From Botryllus schlosseri (taxonomy: Eukaryota), in the NCBI GenBank assembly GCA_051294905.1, contig CM119371.1, forward strand, positions 34,968,001 through 35,032,000: DNA of 64,000 bases. Direction: 5' to 3'. Under the pieces are notes generated by a model. That model had not been told where the DNA came from. It saw only the letters and a program-made list of their open reading frames with translations, and searched no databases. The position numbers and the translations under genes are program-made. Below, piece after piece: positions 60,801 through 64,000 of the stretch (positions within the stretch are counted from its first letter, which is position 1; each line of letters opens with the position of its first letter).

Positions 60801-63800
60801 TAAAACTCGGTTCGGTTATGCTTTGGGACAAGCCTCGACTCCTGAACGTGGTTAAAAGTGGAGCACTTGTATATAATAGAAATATCGGCGTCTTTAATCC
60901 GAGAGCTATACGTGTAATTTTGCGAAAGACGTTGGCCAGGTGATGATACTCGCGCAATTTCTCTGAAAAATAGAGATGAAATTCGACTCGAACTAGACGG
61001 TAGAATTGGCTAAAACTCGGTTCGGTTATGCTTTGGGACAAGCCTCGACTCCTGAACGTGGTTAAAAGTGGAGCACTTGTATATGATAGAAATATCGGCG
61101 TCTTTAATCCGAGAGCTATACGTGTAACTTTGCGAAAGACGTTGGCCAGGTGATGATACTCGCGCAATTTCTCTGAAAAATAGAGATGAAATTCGACTCG
61201 AACTAGACGGTAGAATTGGCTAAAACTCGGTTCGATTATGCTTTGGGACAAGCCTCGACTCCTGAACATGGTTAAAAGTGGAGCACTTGTATATAATAGA
61301 AATATCGGCGTCTTTAATCCGAGAGCTATACGTGTAATTTTGCGAAAGACGTTGGCCAGGTAATGATACTCGCGCTATTTCTCTGAAAAGTAGAGATGAA
61401 ATTCGACTCGAACTAGACGGTAGAATTGGCTAAAACTCGGTACGATTATGCTTTGGGACAAGCCTCGACTTCTGTACGTGGTTAAAAGTGGAGCACTTGT
61501 CTATAATAGAAATATCGGCGTCTTTAATCCGAGAGCTATACGTGTAATTTTGCGAAAGACGTTGGCCAGGTGATGATACTCGCGCTATTTCTCTGAAAAG
61601 TAGAGATGAAATTCGACTCGAACTAGACGGTAGAATTGGCTAAAACTCGGTTCGATTATGCTTTGGGACAAGCCTCGACTCCTTCACGTGGTTAAAAGTG
61701 GAGCACTTGTCAATAATAGAAATATCGGCGTCTTTAATCCGAGAGCTATACGTGTAATTTTGCGAAAGACGTTGGCCAGGTGATGATACTCGCGCAATTT
61801 CTCTGAAAAGTAGAGATGAAATTCGACTCGAACTAGACGGTAGAATTGGCTAAAACTAGGTTCGAGTATGCTTTGGGACAAGACTCGACTCCTGTACGTG
61901 GTTAAAAGTGGAGCACTTGTCTATAATTGAAATATCGGCGTCTTTAATCCGAGAGCTATACGTGTAATTTTGCGAAAGGCGTTGGTCAGGTGATGATACT
62001 CGCGCAATTTCTCTGAAAAGTAGAGATGAAATTCGACTCGAACTAGACGGTAGAATTGGCTAAAACTAGGTTCGATTATGCTTTGGGACAAGACTCGACT
62101 CCTGTACGTGGTTAAAAGTGGAGCACTTGTATATAATAGAAATATCGGCGTCTTTAATCGGAGAGCTATACGTGTAATTTTGCGAAAGACGTTGGCCAGG
62201 TGATGATACTCGCGCTATTTCTCTGAAAAGTAGAGATGAAATTCGACTCGAACTAGACGGTAGAATTGGCTAAAACTAGGTTCGAGTATGCTTTGGGACA
62301 AGACTCGACTCCTGTACGTGGTTAAAAGTGGAGCACTTGTCTATAATTGAAATATCGGCGTCTTTAATCCGAGAGCTATACGTGTAATTTTGCGAAAGGC
62401 GTTGGTCAGGTGATGATACTCGCGCAATTTCTCTGAAAAGTAGAGATGAAATTCGACTCGAACTAGACGGTAGAATTGGCTAAAACTAGGTTCGATTATG
62501 CTTTGGGACAAGCCTCGACTCCTGTACGTGGTTATAAGTGGAGCACTTGTCTATAATAGAAATATCGGCGTCTTTAATCCGAGAGCTATACGTGTAATTT
62601 TGCGAAAGACGTTGGCCAGGTGATGATACTCGCGCTATTTCTCTGAAAAGTAGAGATGGAATTCGACTAGAACTAGACGGTAGAATTGGCTAAAACTAGG
62701 TTCGATTATGCTTTGGGACAAGCCTCGACTCCTGAACGTGGTTAAAAGTGGAGCACTTGTCTATGATAGAAATATCGGCGTCTTTAATCCGAGAGCTATA
62801 CGTGTAACTTTGCGAAAGACGTTGGCCAGGTGATGATACTCGCGCAATTTCTATGAAAAGTAGAGATGAAATTCGACTCGAACTAGACGTTAGAATTGGC
62901 TAAAACTCGGTTCGGTTATGCTTTGGGACAAGCCTCGACTCCTGAACGTGGTTAAAAGTGGAGCACTTGTATATGATAGAAATATCGGCGTCTTTAATCG
63001 GAGAGCTATACGTGTAATTTTGCGAAAGACGTTGGCCAGGTGATGATACTCGCGCTATTTCTCTGAAAAGTAGAGATGAAATTCGACTCGAACTAGACGG
63101 TAGAATTGGCTAAAACTCGGTTCGATTATGCTTTGGGACAAGCCTCGACTCCTGTACGTGGTTATAAGTGGAGCACTTGTCTATAATAGAAATATCGGCG
63201 TCTTTAATCCGAGAGCTATACGTGTAATTTTGCGAAAGACGTTGGCCAGGTGATGATACTCGCGCTATTTCTCTGAAAAGTAGAGATGAAATTCGACTCG
63301 AACTAGACGGTAGAATTGGCTAAAACTCGGTTCGATTATGCTTTGGGACAAGCCTCGACTCCTGTACGTGGTTATAAGTGGAGCACTTGTCTATAATAGA
63401 AATATCGGCGTCTTTAATCCGAGAGCTATACGTGTAATTTTGCGAAAGACGTTGGCCAGGTGATGATACTCGCGCAATTTCTCTGAAAAGTAGAGATGAA
63501 ATTCGACTCGAACTAGACGGTAGAATTGGCTAAAACTAGGTTCGAGTATGCTTTGGGACAAGACTCGACTCCTGTACGTGGTTAAAAGTGGAGCACTTGT
63601 CTATAATTGAAATATCGGCGTCTTTAATCCGAGAGCTATACGTGTAATTTTGCGAAAGGCGTTGGTCAGGTGATGATACTCGCGCAATTTCTCTGAAAAG
63701 TAGAGATGAAATTCGACTCGAACTAGACGGTAGAATTGGCTAAAACTAGGTTCGATTATGCTTTGGGACAAGACTCGACTCCTGTACGTGGTTAAAAGTG

Positions 63801-64000
63801 GAGCACTTGTATATAATAGAAATATCGGCGTCTTTAATCGGAGAGCTATACGTGTAATTTTGCGAAAGACGTTGGCCAGGTGATGATACTCGCGCTATTT
63901 CTCTGAAAAGTAGAGATGAAATTCGACTCGAACTAGACGGTAGAATTGGCTAAAACTCGGTTCGATTATGCTTTGGGACAAGCCTCGACTCCTGTACGTG
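57820..64000 (+). repeat. 210-bp tandem satellite array, homogenised, running off the window
   Basis: GGTTAAAAGT recurs at 58331, 58541, 58751 and onward (period 210); about 27 near-identical monomers after 58.3 kb. Confidence 0.98.

Noticed and set aside
60661-61269. 202-aa minus-strand ORF of 70-aa repeats in the satellite
   Set aside because: It follows from the 210-bp period being a multiple of 3; most monomers carry a TAG in this frame, so there is no conserved ORF.
57820-64000. CRISPR array or tandem tRNA/5S/SL RNA genes
   Set aside because: No unique spacers, the context is eukaryotic, and I could not see a cloverleaf, Sm site or convincing Pol III boxes.

Overview
Eukaryotic (invertebrate-type, AT-rich) genomic DNA in three zones. 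(1) 1-42.5 kb: a + strand DNA topoisomerase II gene. I traced 34 exons by hand (2846-41053, 1373 codons, open frame, all GT-AG); the first exon(s) lie upstream of the window and the last exon is uncertain. The TOPRIM catalytic Glu reads Ala ([10 protein letters not shown]) and several other conserved residues are altered. The introns hold many hAT/pogo MITEs and, on the sense strand, 11 complete snoRNA-like genes plus one remnant. These include two long box C/D RNAs whose guide pairs with the elongator tRNA-Met anticodon loop in the C34 register (SNORD97-like), and pairs of SNORD41-, SNORD35- and SNORA74/U19-like RNAs. A non-canonical-box C/D family is aimed at a 28S uridine next to the SNORD41 site. 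(2) 47-55.4 kb: a Mag-type Ty3/Gypsy element (197-bp LTRs, tRNA-Ser PBS) interrupted by an antisense, integrase-only LTR element with its own TSD. (3) 55.6-64 kb: a 210-bp satellite with an orientation switch, an older 420-bp dimeric edge and a homogenised array with higher-order repeats. Family names rest on reference sequences recalled from memory and hand alignment; no database search was run. The organism was not determined.
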